A stretch of DNA of 64,000 nucleotides from positions 32,520 through 96,519 of the forward strand of contig JAAPAO010000063.1 of NCBI GenBank assembly GCA_013115145.1, read 5' to 3'. How positions within the stretch are numbered: position 1 is the stretch's first letter; each line of letters starts with the position of its first letter. Below, piece by piece: positions 28,200-41,493 of this stretch. The notes beneath the pieces are model-generated. The model did not search any database. It worked only from the letters and a program-made list of their open reading frames with translations, and had not been told where the DNA came from. The stretch comes from Perkinsus chesapeaki ATCC PRA-425. Taxonomy: Eukaryota > Protista > Perkinsozoa. The position numbers and the translations under genes are program-made.

Positions 28200-29405
28200 T
28201 TATGAATTCTTGATATAATCAACTGTTGTGGTAGTAGTAGTAGTAGGAGCTGATGGCGGTGATGACGATGCTTTACAAAGGTTGGTATTATTTATTATAT
28301 TATTATTATCCCAATTAATATTACTATAAAAAGTTGGATTTGCATTTAATATTAATGATGCATTACCAATATCAGGTGTTGAATGGACATCAACATGTCT
28401 ATTAGTGAACATAGTTTGTGACTAAATATTAATAAATATTATGCATAATATATAATGATAGCTTACCCTATTATTAGCCAATGTTATTATAATAGTGGCT
28501 ATATTAGTAGCATCATCAATACCACTATGTTGACGTCCTTGAAATGATAAACCTAGTATTTCAAGCATATAACTTATACTACACCATTTCTCTAATCTAA
28601 GTGCATACCTAATAATTATTATTATAATAATATATATTATTATTACTATTACTGAAAATGTCTTCTAACATCAGCATAATGTAATGCCCATTGTGGTATA
28701 GTTATCCTTTTACGTAGACATTCTGGTACTAAGAATTTGAATATATCCCATGGACCATCAGTACCTACTATCATCAGTACTACCACAACAACATATATAA
28801 TAATAATGTACATTTATTATTATTACATATAACAAATTGATTATGCTCTCCAATTGATGATATCCTCATATTATTATTATTACTGCATTTACTCTTTGAT
28901 GATGATGATGATGATGATATAAGACGTTGTTGTGTAATAATACTTTGTGCTTGTTTTTTAGATAATCTCCCAATTGGTTTTAAACCATGATCATCCAAGA
29001 AGTTTTGGAACATATCCAATACCTTGATAATAGTATTATAAACATTATTATTAATAATATTATTATTACATCACATAATGCTGGAGCAGGATCTACTTCA
29101 TCTTGAATGATACCTGTTAATTGTGTACAGAAATTAGTGAGAATACCTGATACGTGATACATAATAATATAGTAATAAGTATTATTATTACTACTTTGTT
29201 CAGTTGGCCTAACATATGAATGAAATGTATAATCTATATTTAATGTACAAGAATTAACAAATACAACTGGGAATTCAATTATCTCATTTAACCATTCTGT
29301 TTGTGGTGTTTGGTCACAACAAGTACCTTATAATAATAATTATAATAATAATTAATTAGTACTATTATTACATTCGAAATCTAATGCTGCGTAATAGAGT
29401 ACCAT
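28200..29405 (-). CDS. ERI1-family DEDDh 3'-5' exoribonuclease, multi-exon
   Basis: ALDFE, NEIIEFPVV, FHSYVRP, LTNFCTQLTGI, TDGPWDI, GRQHSGIDDATNIA. Confidence 0.9.
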
Positions 29406-29500
29406 AAATACCAATATAAATACTAAAAAACAACATTGATTCTACTAATAATAAACATTATAATATATAACAGAAACAACATCAACAACAGGGATCATCA

Positions 29501-30390
29501 TCATAGTGTTGTATTATCATTAATAAATGGTGTTTTAAATATATTGTCCAATTCATTACGATCGAAGCCTTTAGTAACAACATTAACATCATCATTATCA
29601 TCAATAATAATATTACCCCATCTAATTAAATAATTATTATTATGTTTAGTAATTATTCTCATTATAGATATTATTACTACCTTCCTTTATTATATGATAT
29701 ATGTTGTTTTGCTAATTTAACAGAAGTTTGACTATATTTCAAATGTAACACTGATGCATTGTTATCACCATCTTTATGAAACCATTTTAATGCTACCAAT
29801 GCACCTATAACCACTTACAGTTCTTAATATTATTTATTATACCAACACAACCATCACCATCACCACCACTAAGACCACGATCATCAGCTACTACCTTATT
29901 ACCTTCTGCTGATGGTTGCCATAAACCTTGTATACTACGCCGTTCTGTCCATATTCTTGGACCACCATGACGTAAAAATAAATTAGGCCCCTCACTATTA
30001 CGGTATAAATTCATTAAATCTTCAATCTAACATAGTAATAAGAATATTAACTTATTATTACTACTACCTGCCAAGGCCTTAATTTCCTCATATTAGTTGT
30101 ATATGTATCACCATTCAACCATTCACCGGTTAATTGTGGATGCTCATATTGACTATGTGTTGTTATTATTTCAACCTACTACTACTAATAATAAATTATA
30201 TAATATTATATTTTACCTGAGGATTTCTATCTTTCCATGATTGCAATAGATGTCTAAAAAAGAATCTAACTCCCAAACTCGATCCACCAGTTTCACTAAG
30301 TTGATGATAATAATATTTTTATTATTATTACTACTACCTATAACGTATTATAAGCTTCTTTAAATGCCATGCACCAGTATGAGCATTCAT
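29501..30390 (-). CDS. MRPL43: Mitochondrial ribosomal protein mL43 (L51/S25/CI-B8 domain), multi-exon
   Basis: KKLIIRYSETGGSSLGVRFFFRHLLQSWKDRNPQ...EWLNG...SIQGLWQP matches the mL43 SS.G.R.F / NP / SIQG.W.P motifs. Confidence 0.75.
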
Positions 30391-30546
30391 TATAACAATA
30401 ATGATAATAAATATATATTTATTAACACAATATTGAATTATTATAATGTATCATTACATAGTATACAGTAAAACAAGTATGACATATATTATTATTATCA
30501 CAACAACAACAAGAAGAAGAAGAAGACAACAAGAGGTTACATATTA

Positions 30547-32256
30547 TTATGTATTATTGTTAGTGGTATTATTATCATTTGATCCATAACTTATAAAATG
30601 ACTGCTATTTGTAGGTGATGATGTTGATGATTGTATTAGTGGATTATTATGTATCTGTTCTTGTTGTTCTTGTTGTCCTTGTTGTTGTTGTGTTGTTGTT
30701 GATGATGATTGTATAGGATTATCAACTTGGGATACAGATACACCAACACCTGATATTCATAAATATATAACAAATGAAAATCATTATTATTACTTTCAGC
30801 AAGTGATTCTAAATCCATTGAAGATCTTCTTAATCCATCAAATACATGATGATGATGATAAGGTGGTAGTGGTGGTGTGGATGTTGTACCATCTATATTA
30901 TTTACCTATTATACTAATATAATACTATATTTATTATATATTATTACATCTGTATTATTATATGGTAAATTACCAACGCCTATGCCACTTGATCCTAACC
31001 TTTCCCTATTAAATATTGATGATGATGACGATGACCGCGGCAGCGGCGGCGGCGGTCTTGTTATATGTATATGACTCGATGATGATGATGATGAATGAAT
31101 ACTCCTATTCTGGGTATTTATTCCTTCTTCTTGTCGTTGTTGAGTATGTTGTTGTTTTTTATTTCTTCTTCCAATTATAAATCTATTAATAATAGAGATT
31201 AATATATCCATTATTGTTTTTGTATATTACTATTATTACTCATATGTTGTTAGTCCAGATATCCTTAGATATATATGGAATGCTGCTAAATGTGATGCAC
31301 CAATAAAGAATAATGCATTTATAACCAATGGTATAATCTGCTGATAATAATAAATATGTATAATATATTATTATTATTACTACCTGTAATGGATAATATG
31401 AACCTTTGTCACCCCAACCGTATAAGTTAGTCCATTTATTAATATTATTAAATGATAATATTATTATACAACAAGTAATATATAAACCAGTACATAATAT
31501 AACAAAGGTAAGTGACCATGCAAAATAGGTATAATTATAACTATTAATATTAAATATCATCAATATTATTATTAACTTGTAGTATTATTACCTTCCTATA
31601 CAGGTATTTAACCATTTACAGTGATGATCAAAATTACGTACACATTTGTTACATACTCTACAATGTTTAGAACCCGTACATCTAATAATTATTATATATT
31701 TATTATTATATATTTATTATTACACAAATGAATTACATCCACTACAATATAAGCAACCACCATTAGGTGATGAATCCGCAATAGTCTCATCAAATATACA
31801 AGGATCAGCAGGATCAATATACTAATAATAAATATATTATAATATTAACAATAATACTTACCATAGTAATAATACCTAATATAGCCATTAATAATGCTGA
31901 TAAATAGAATAATATTGGTAATACTATTTCAACAGCAATTGGTTCTAACATTTGTAATTGGAATGCAGCAAACCATGAAACATCAAATAACCATACAGAT
32001 CTAATAATAATATATAAGAATGTATAATTATTAATTATTACATAGTAACACATTGATATCGATGCCAAGGCCATTGTAAACCATTTTTACGCATAGGCAA
32101 GCCTTCACTAGTATAATGTGGATATCTGTTATGATGTTGTGACGTAATAACTACATTACACGTAGGTTCCCTAATAGATGATGGTGATGATGATTGATTA
32201 TCTCCTATAAATGAAGAAGGAGCAACAACCATAAAACAAATAAAACTAATACCCAT
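30547..32256 (-). CDS. DHHC palmitoyltransferase (ZDHHC1/11-like), multi-exon
   Basis: [11 protein letters not shown]-terminal motif, [28 protein letters not shown], transmembrane segments. Confidence 0.9.
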
Positions 32257-32410
32257 TCGCCATAACCTACTGCTGTGCCCCGACGTACCAACAACAACAA
32301 CTCTGCGGTAGGTCTATTATTATGGCGAGCGCCCCCCCACCTATGTGTTAAATCGATTAATGCTCAATTTCCTTCATTTCGTGTTTCCGTTATTATTGTT
32401 GTTGTTATAA

Positions 32411-35400
32411 ATGGTTATTATTAAATCTAAAGTTGAAGATGCAATATTAAAAAGGTCTGGTTATGATAAAGATATATATAAACCTTCAGAAAAGATAAGA
32501 ACATTTATTATTGATTCATTTCCATTATTGGGTAAAGTAGTAGCATATAGATTTATTGAATGGGTTATTAATAATCCTAATGGTGTATGTGCCTTACCAA
32601 CTGGTAAAACACCTGAATATTTTATCAAATGGACAAATAAGATAATAAATGAATGGGATACACAATATATTAAAGGTATAATAAAGTTATATAATATTAT
32701 TGAATATTATCATTATTTAGAGGATCGTAAACAATATGGATTATATGATGATAATATTATACCACCTAAATTTGATAATATATGGTTTGTTATGCTAGAT
32801 GAATTCTATCCTATGAATCCAAAACATCATAATAGTTTTAATTATTATGTAATAATATATGTTATTATGATGATTAGTATTAGGTTATAATTAGTAGTAG
32901 GTTAAACAATATTATATAAATGGTCTAGGTTTAAATCCAGATAAATGTTTATATATTGATTTATCAACATTAGGTTTACATAACCATGAAACATTAGATG
33001 ATATATGGCCATCTGGAACGTAATAATGATAACAATAAAAAATATTATTATTAGTAGATTTGTTGATCTATCATTACGTTTACGTAAAGCTAATAATCCT
33101 TTGGAACTAAGACAACAAGAGATAATACGTAAAATAGATGAATGGTGTTTAGAATATGAAAATAAAATACGTGAATTAGGAGGTAAGGAATAATCACTGT
33201 TATTATGATATAACAAGTTGAATAATAATAACACTAATACCAGCATCAGTTGCAGCAGCAGGTATTGGTTTCTTCCTTGGTGGTATTGGTCCTGATGGAC
33301 ATATAGCATTTAATATACGCGGTACTGATCACAGAAGTTGTACAAGATTAACTGAATTAAATTATGAAACACAAGCAGTAGCAGCTGGTGATTTAGGTGG
33401 TATTGATGCAGTTAAAGCTAAATGTGCAGTGACAATAGGTAATTAATAATAAATATATATTTATTATTAATAGATAGGTCTTGGTACAATAACATATAAT
33501 ATAAATTGTATATGTATTATTATTGCTGCTGGTGAAGCTAAAGCACCAATGGTATCAAATGCTATACAAGAGGATACTAATATAATGTATTGATAATACA
33601 GTTTATCATAATACTACTGTTATATATGACGAATTAGGTATCCAAGTCATGCATTACGTATTTTACCGAATGCTGCATTTTATATAACTAGGGGGGCATC
33701 TAAGTTATTAATTCAAAGGAATATAATTGATGTAATAATACTTATAATAATAATACTACTTGACTATTATTATTATGTACAGTTAGAAGCTGCTGCTGCT
33801 GCTACTAGTGAACATAATATAAAGAATGATGATAATAATAATAGTGGTGTTATAATTGATATCGAACATATTGAAAAGATATTAGTTGATATAGCGGTGG
33901 ATAGTCGTAATAATAATACATAATTTTTTTATTATTACTACTCTTTTTACTGATATTGTCAGATAAACGTCTATTAGATTTAAATAAAGTTGATATTATG
34001 AGTAATCCACTGGGTAAAGTACTTATTAATAGATTAGGATGGAAAGAGGATAATATACATGAGACATGTAATACACAATAATATACAGGAAGAAGAAGAA
34101 TATATAGTATTGTTGTAGGTGTAATTATTAGAGATAGATTGATAAGTAAAATAAATAAAGGTACAGAAATATTAAATGATACTATATTTTTACATACTGA
34201 ACCACATCATGATGATATAATGCTTGGTTATTTACCAACAGTTATACGTCAAACTAGACCAACATCTAATAAGCATTATTTCATATGTGCTACAAGTGGT
34301 TTTAATAGTGTATCTAATAATCATTTACGTAATATTGTTAAACGTTGTAGACATTTTATATCAAGCAATATATTTAAGAAATTAGTTAATGAAGGGTAGT
34401 AATAATAAAGGTACTAGTTAAAAGTATTATTATTAGATACTTTCTATCTAAATGTAAACCAAGTAAGCAGCAAAGTAGATATAATAATGTTATTGAGTTG
34501 GAGCATTATGAAGTTGTTAGATCTAGAGATGTTTGGCAATATTTAGATGGTGTGGCCGATAAAAATATTAATGATAAGAATGAAGGAAGTGCTAGAAGGT
34601 AGGTTAGGGAGCTAGTGCTAGTTATTGCTAGAGCTAGGTCGTGCTTTGTTAATAATAATGCTATGTATTACTGCTGTTACGGTAGGTTTATTAGGAATAT
34701 TATTGAGATATATGGTATATCACATAATAATAATAATGATGATGATGGTACTGATTTATGTAATAAAATTAAAAATAAACTAGATGAAATTGATGAATAT
34801 ATTAATAATGTGTAAGTGAATTATACCATAATTGTATTCGTATTCGTAGTAGTAAGGTAGTAAATATCATTATCGTATATTAAATCAGATATCCTGGTCA
34901 AGCTGATACTAAAGATATACAGATATTAAAAGGTAGTTGTAGAGAATTTGAATCAGAATGTAATAATGCTATTGATAATTATATATAGGATTTACCTGTT
35001 GTTATTATTATTAGGTGCTTGGGGTAGTTTAGGTTGGTTACCATCACATATTAAACATTTAAGATTAGGCTTTTATACATCTGATATATTTACACCAGAA
35101 CCAACATTAGAAAGGGATTCTAAACCAGTCTTAGATTTATTATTAGGTAATGATAATAATAATAGTTGTAGTAATAATATTTATACTAATTATTATTGTA
35201 ATGGTAGAAACTAAACCTGATATTGTTACTGTTGCATTCGATCCAGAAGCCTCGGGACCAGATACACATTATAAAGTAGTAGTAGTAGTAAATGAGTATC
35301 TAGAATGAATGTGAATGTGAATGTGAATCTGCATTTATTATTTACAACATATTATTATAAGTAGGTACTTCAAGCGGTAACTGAAGCATTAAAAGAATAT

Positions 35401-35919
35401 CAATCAATAAGAAAAGATAAAATAATAAAAGTATGGGGTTATAGAAATGTATGGTAATAATGATAATGATAATTGTTGTTGTTGTTGTTGTTATAATTAT
35501 TATTAGGTATAGATTTAATACTAATGAAGTTACTCATATTGTACCATCATCATTATCATCATTAGGGAGTTTGGATAGAATGTTTATGGATAATTTTGAA
35601 AGTCAAACTGCTGCTGAATTTCCTAGTTTTGAATATGATGGTAATAATAATAAACACATTATCAACAACATCTAACATCATACTTATCATCATTATTATT
35701 ATCTCGGTCCATTTAGGTCCATTCTCCCAACTAGCATCACATATTCAAGTTGATCAATATAAAAAGCTTAAAGTATGTTTAGGTAGAAGTTGGTTTCAAG
35801 AACATGATAGTGCATTAATAAGAGCAACTAAAGGGTTAGTATATTTTAAAGAAATGACAATAAATGAGTTAGAAACACATAGTAGAACACTTCGTAATAA
35901 AGCTGAAACCTACTATTGA
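32411..35919 (+). CDS. nagB: Glucosamine-6-phosphate deaminase fused to a PIG-L/LmbE-like domain (long bacterial-type NagB), intron-rich
   Basis: ALPTGKTPE, MLDEFYP, GIGFFLGGIGPDGHIAFN, AVTIGLGTI, AAGEAKA; C-terminal HTEPHHDDIMLGY, HLRLGFY, VAFDPEASGPDTHYK, VWGYRNVW. Confidence 0.9.
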
Positions 35920-36182
35920 TCACCACCACCATTAATAACTCTTAATAATAATGATGATGGCGGCGAGGCGGCGGCGGCAATAATGTTAATTGTTAATGCC
36001 ATAAATGGTATTATTTATATTACTAAGTAATTGTGAGTAGTGTAGTCCCTTACGAATCATCTAAGACAACCACCGCTACCAGCAGCAGCAGCGGCGGCAC
36101 AGTTTTCTTATTTTCAATATTATACTTGTTGTATTTGCTTAATAAAGATATATTATTTTTATTGGTGCGTGTAAGGTTGATA

Positions 36183-37691
36183 ACAATAATAACTATGTTA
36201 AAATCATCATTATCATCATCATCATCATCATCAACAACAACAACTGGTGCTAAAGTAATAACACATGATATCAAGTTATCAAGTGGCCTCCTACCACCAC
36301 TACCACCACCAGCAGCAGCAGCAGCAGCAGCAGGCAACGATGAGAATGAGGAGGATGAGGACGAGAGTATTGTTAATAAATTGGAGGAGGATTTACATTT
36401 AGTATTAACGGCATCGGATTTTAGAGAACTAAGTTTAGTAATAATAATATTGTTATTATCAGTTTTATATGATGATCAAAATGGCAGGTTACTGGCGCTA
36501 GTATCATTGGACCAGTTGTTGATAAGTATAATAATAATATAATATCTAAAAGAGAAGGAGGAGGAGAAGAAGGACTACTCAATCCACAAGATGCCTTCAG
36601 GTGGTTAGTTCACTAATAACTAGTAGTATAATTATTATTGTTATTAGAGCATGTAGCCACCTATTGACTCCAAGGCCGATAATATATGGATCATTAAAAG
36701 CCTCCGTTGGTGAAACTGATGATTATGATTTCATTAATATATTTATCAATAATGAGGATAATAATAATAGGAAAATAGCATCATTAATTGATTTTGATTT
36801 GATACATAGGATAGAGCCAACACCTCATCACGGTGGTGGTGGTGGTGGTGGTTGTGGTGATAGATGCATTGAACTAGTAATAATAATTGTTATTATTATG
36901 AAGTATGACAAGCTGGTTAGATTAATAAAAATAAGGAGATAATTAATACATTCAAAATACATCTTAACGAAGATGTTCAATGTGATGATGATCCACGACG
37001 ACGAAAGTGTTGTGAATACATATCAAGTAATAATCATTAACATAATCATCCGGCGGTGATCATCATACCGATCATCCATCGATTAAATACAGATAATAGG
37101 CTCCCACCTTATGATGATGATGATGTTGACGATAATAGTAGTAGACGGAGTCATAATAGTAAGAGGAGCAAAAGAAGTTACAAGAAGAATAATAAGAGAC
37201 ATAAAAGGAATGATAATGATAATACTACCAAACATCATGAACATAATCAACATCGTCGTCATCATCATCATCATTATTATAACGATATGTAATACTAATG
37301 CAGTAGGTGCTGCTTAGGTTGTTGTTGTTGTTATTTGATTAAAAATAATAATTGTAAGTATTGTTATGGTAGTCGAGAGAAGCTCATTATTAATAATAAG
37401 ACCCTAAAGCATTGTCTATTGGAGGGAACTGCTGATAGTAGTAATATTAATACATCGTCAACAAGAACAACAACAGGAGGAGGAGGAGGAGGAGGAGTAA
37501 AGACAAAGAACATTAGCAGTTGTATGAATTTTGTAAGTGCAAGTATTTAATGTATATTTATAATTATAAGTCATCCTTAGTCTGTTGAAGAAGGAATTAA
37601 AAAGGTAAATAATAATTCAAGAAATAAAAGAAAAATAGACAATAATGATAATAATGACGATGATGATCACTTAAAACGCGTAAGAATATAA
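36183..37691 (+). CDS. Hypothetical low-complexity protein, multi-exon, boundaries uncertain
   Basis: Chain of plus-strand open segments (36033-36542, 36601-36942, 37056-37292, 37335-37550) with intron-like spacers and a His/Arg/Lys-rich segment. Confidence 0.35.
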
Positions 37692-37921
37692 TAATTATTA
37701 TTATTATTTATACATATGCTACTCTCTTGCTTGTGTCTGTTGTGTCTGTATAAGTAGTAGTAGTAGTAGTACTAGTACTAGTAGTAGTATGTTTCTATAA
37801 ACTATGTTAATATTGTTGCTCTTATATTTTTGTTGTTGTTGTTGTTGTTGTTGTTAATCATCATCATTTGAAGGATGATGTTTAAGGTATATTATTAGTA
37901 TTATTATCTATAAGGGACTTT

Positions 37922-40900
37922 ATGACCAATCAATCGTCAAGAGGTAGTTATCATCATCATGATTATGGTGTATTAAGAGTAGTGAGTAGCGGTAGTGGTA
38001 GAGTCGATAAGATGTCGTTGTCGTCGTTGTCATCCGTGCTCATCTACATTATAAATATTACACTCATATTACAATTACTAATACTTTTACCGCTGGTATC
38101 ATCATCATCATCATCTGTTAATGATGAGGATACTGGTAGAAGAGAATTGATGCAGGAATCAGGATCAATAAAAGATGTTGAACCATCATCATCATCATCA
38201 CCTTGGAATGGTGGTGGTGGTATTGACCACCTTTATGATGGTTATAATTATGATGATGAGAATGGTGTTGTTGTTATTGGTGGGACATTTATAGAAAATA
38301 ATGGTTATCTTGAAACTAAGTTAATTATGGAACTTATAGACGGGGGGGATAAAAGGGAGAAGGTTAAAGAAAGAATGATTACATATTTATTACTAGACGG
38401 ATACACAGTTGGAATTGAAGATAATAAAATAAGAAGATATGAAACTTGTAGAGAGGAAGCATCTAATCACTTTGCATTTGAATTATATAAAAATATAATT
38501 AAATCAAAATCCTTGTTTAGAGGTAAACCAAAGATACAATTAAATGGTAATTCACCATGGAGTTTAATATCACCACGAGTTACTCCTATACTACTTCAAG
38601 GTGTTTATCTCACTACACCATCATTAACAGAAGATTGGCCAAAACCACCATCAGACTTTATAACAGAAGAGGAGTTAGTCAAGAGTTATGAGAGGGGTCG
38701 GGCACATATTGATCCAAGAAGTTATTTTACTGGTGATTCAGATAAAGCATCACTTTCACTTTATTTTTATACGAAACGAGTTGAATCTGACTTGGGTGAC
38801 AGAAGAAAATTAATGATAAAATTATATTCAAGCGATCGAATGATGTCCGGTGAAGATGATTGGCCCAAAGGTGTTATTAAAATAAAGAATAACAGAATGG
38901 AAAGTTGTAAAGTATATTTAACACCATTTAGACAAGAACATACATTGAAGACTGTTGATAAAGGGCAAATGAGTATATATGCAAGATTTGAAGACTCATG
39001 TGGCCGAAGAACTGTTATATTATCACCACCAAATTCAACTCCAAAACCTATATTATATAAATTTAAACCGACTGCTGCTGCCTCAATGATCATGCATCGA
39101 GCAGCATCATCATCATCATCAACAACATTGAAGAGTGCAACTGACAAGCAAGAAGAAGATGAAAATAATAAAGATCATACTACCACCAAAAGTGGTGGTG
39201 GTACGATATGGTTTTATTTAACTGGTATACGTGGTATTAGATTATATTATTTTGATAGTAATGAACAGACAACTACAGTAATGAATGGGGAGATAATAAT
39301 AAGCGATGATGAGAATGATAAAGTTAATGATGATGATAGTGTTGTTGGGGTATATAGAATAACTTCATTATCAATTGAAAGGTACGGTATGCCTGGTATA
39401 TCAAAAGATGGCGGTGGCGTCGTTGATGGTGAGTTAGAATTATTACAATATTTACAAAGTATAAGAATAATTGTTAATGATGTTGTACCTAAAGTAAAGC
39501 ACTTGTATAGATGGATCCCAGTAAAAGTTAGAGAATATAATATGGGTTATCATCATGATATTGAAGTTACTAATGTAGAACAAAAACAAAAACAAGAAGA
39601 AGGAGGACAACTTAAAAAGGGTGCATCATCATCATCATCAGCCCCTGCTCCTGCTCCTGCTGCTGATGGTGCCACTGCTAACCCCGGTAACATTAATGAT
39701 ATACCCTCCTCCTCATCATCTTCATCACTCCCTAAAGAAGGCAAAAGAGTCCCCCTCCTCCTCCTCCCTCCCACAGGTCCTTATGTTAGATATGATAGAG
39801 ATAATGATAGAGATAAATTTGATGATAAACTTAAAGTTGTTATTAAAGGTGAAGGACTTGAATCACGAGTTGAATACGTAACACATGCTGAGATGAAGAA
39901 GCAGAAGAAGCAGGATGGTAACCCGACTACTACTAGCAGCAAGAGTGAAAGGCGAGTTTACAAGATAAGGAGGCATTATTTTAAGATGGCTGGAGGACAA
40001 GGACAATCATCATCAAAAACAACAACTAGACATAGACTGAGTCATGATAGTACTATGTTATTTTGGTATGATTATGATGATAATGTGGCTATATTCGATA
40101 TAGAAGATACTGCTATTGCAACTAATCCATTATCACATATTAGTGCAATACTAAAACCACCTTCAGTAGTAATAATAATATTTATTCACAACATATAGAA
40201 CAACCGTCTTAGTCATCGTCACCTACTCCTCCTCCTCCTTATTGTTGTTTTTATTCTTGTAGGGTGTAGAAGTAGCTGCAGATCCACTTGATCAAGTTGT
40301 ACCCATTTATGCTGGTCTTAATATGGATGAAGTAGTAGTATTAAGTTGTTCTTATATTTATATTATTCCCACTTCAAGCTGATCACGGTGTTTCGATAAT
40401 CAATGATTAGGTATCAATTCCCTCTCGCTCCCCCGGCCGTATATCCCCACCACCACCAGGAGCATCTACTCATGATAGTACTACTACTGGAACACAATAC
40501 GGAGATCTTGTTATATATGATGTACTACTATTAGGACTGCTGTTATTAAAATAGTATTATTGAGGTAATGGTTATAGTAGTACTGATGATGTCTCAGGAT
40601 ATTGAAGATGATGAAGATGATTGGACTCTTGTTGATTTACCTAATAATAATAATAAGGAGCAGCAGCAGTCAGCATCACCTATCACCACTACCAATAATG
40701 ATAATGACAAACATAAGAAGAAGGTAACAGTCAATGTAATGCTGATGCTGTCAGCATCATGCTGATTATGAGAGTATTATCACAATATTATTAGGGATAT
40801 AATGATATAGATGATACTTATGAACCTGTTGAAGCAGCAGCAGCAGTTGACAATCGTCATGCTTCTGATGATGACATTCCCAAAGAACCTCCTCGTCCTA

Positions 40901-41254
40901 CTCCTAGAGAAGACAAAGCGGATCATTATCATCACCATGGTGGTGGTGGTGCCGCTGCTACTGGTCCTGTCGGTGGTGGTGATGCTGCTGCTACTGGTGC
41001 TGTCGTTGATGATGGCGATGATGATGGTTATGAAGAACCGCGTGGGTTACGACAAGCCACACACACATCATCATCATTATCATCATTATCTGCCCCTGGC
41101 ACCATTGCTCTCCCAACGAGTAAAGTAAGGAAGGTAAGCATCAAGATAGCATTATCAATAATAACATATTATCAAATATTAGGGAAAGACAAATAATAAT
41201 AATAAGAAGAAGAAGAAGAAGTTTTCATTTTGGAAGAAAGATAAAAAATCATAA
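37922..41254 (+). CDS. Secreted protein A: signal peptide, large unknown domain, multi-exon acidic tail with Tyr and Pro motifs and a polybasic C-terminus
   Basis: 758-aa first exon with hydrophobic segment after ATG 38012. Phase-compatible exons at 40263, 40411, 40598, 40795 and 41183 end GKTNNNNKKKKKKFSFWKKDKKS-TAA. Confidence 0.7.
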
Positions 41255-41493
41255 TGATAATATTATTATTTATGAACCTGCTGAATATTATCTTTTTTAT
41301 GATGACCATATATATCCTATTTTACTTACATCACCAAGTGCCTACTACTCTCCCTCACTTTTCACCTTCATGATAATAATAATAATAACGTTGTTGTTGT
41401 TCGAAGATGTTGCTGTTGTTGTTGTTGTTCGGAGACGCTGTTGTTGTTGATGATAATAATAACAGCTTGATCATCACTATCATTACATTCATA

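Noticed and set aside
31035-31065. RPPPPLPR in the DHHC C-terminal tail as SH3 mimicry
   Set aside because: It is in a housekeeping membrane enzyme within low-complexity sequence. It shows that isolated PxxPxR motifs arise by chance here, so only clustered Tyr plus Pro motifs in secreted proteins were counted.
40761-40778. ADYESI as an additional Tyr motif of protein A
   Set aside because: It is in a different frame from the flanking exons and falls inside the inferred intron 40724-40794; it would count only if an alternative splice exists.
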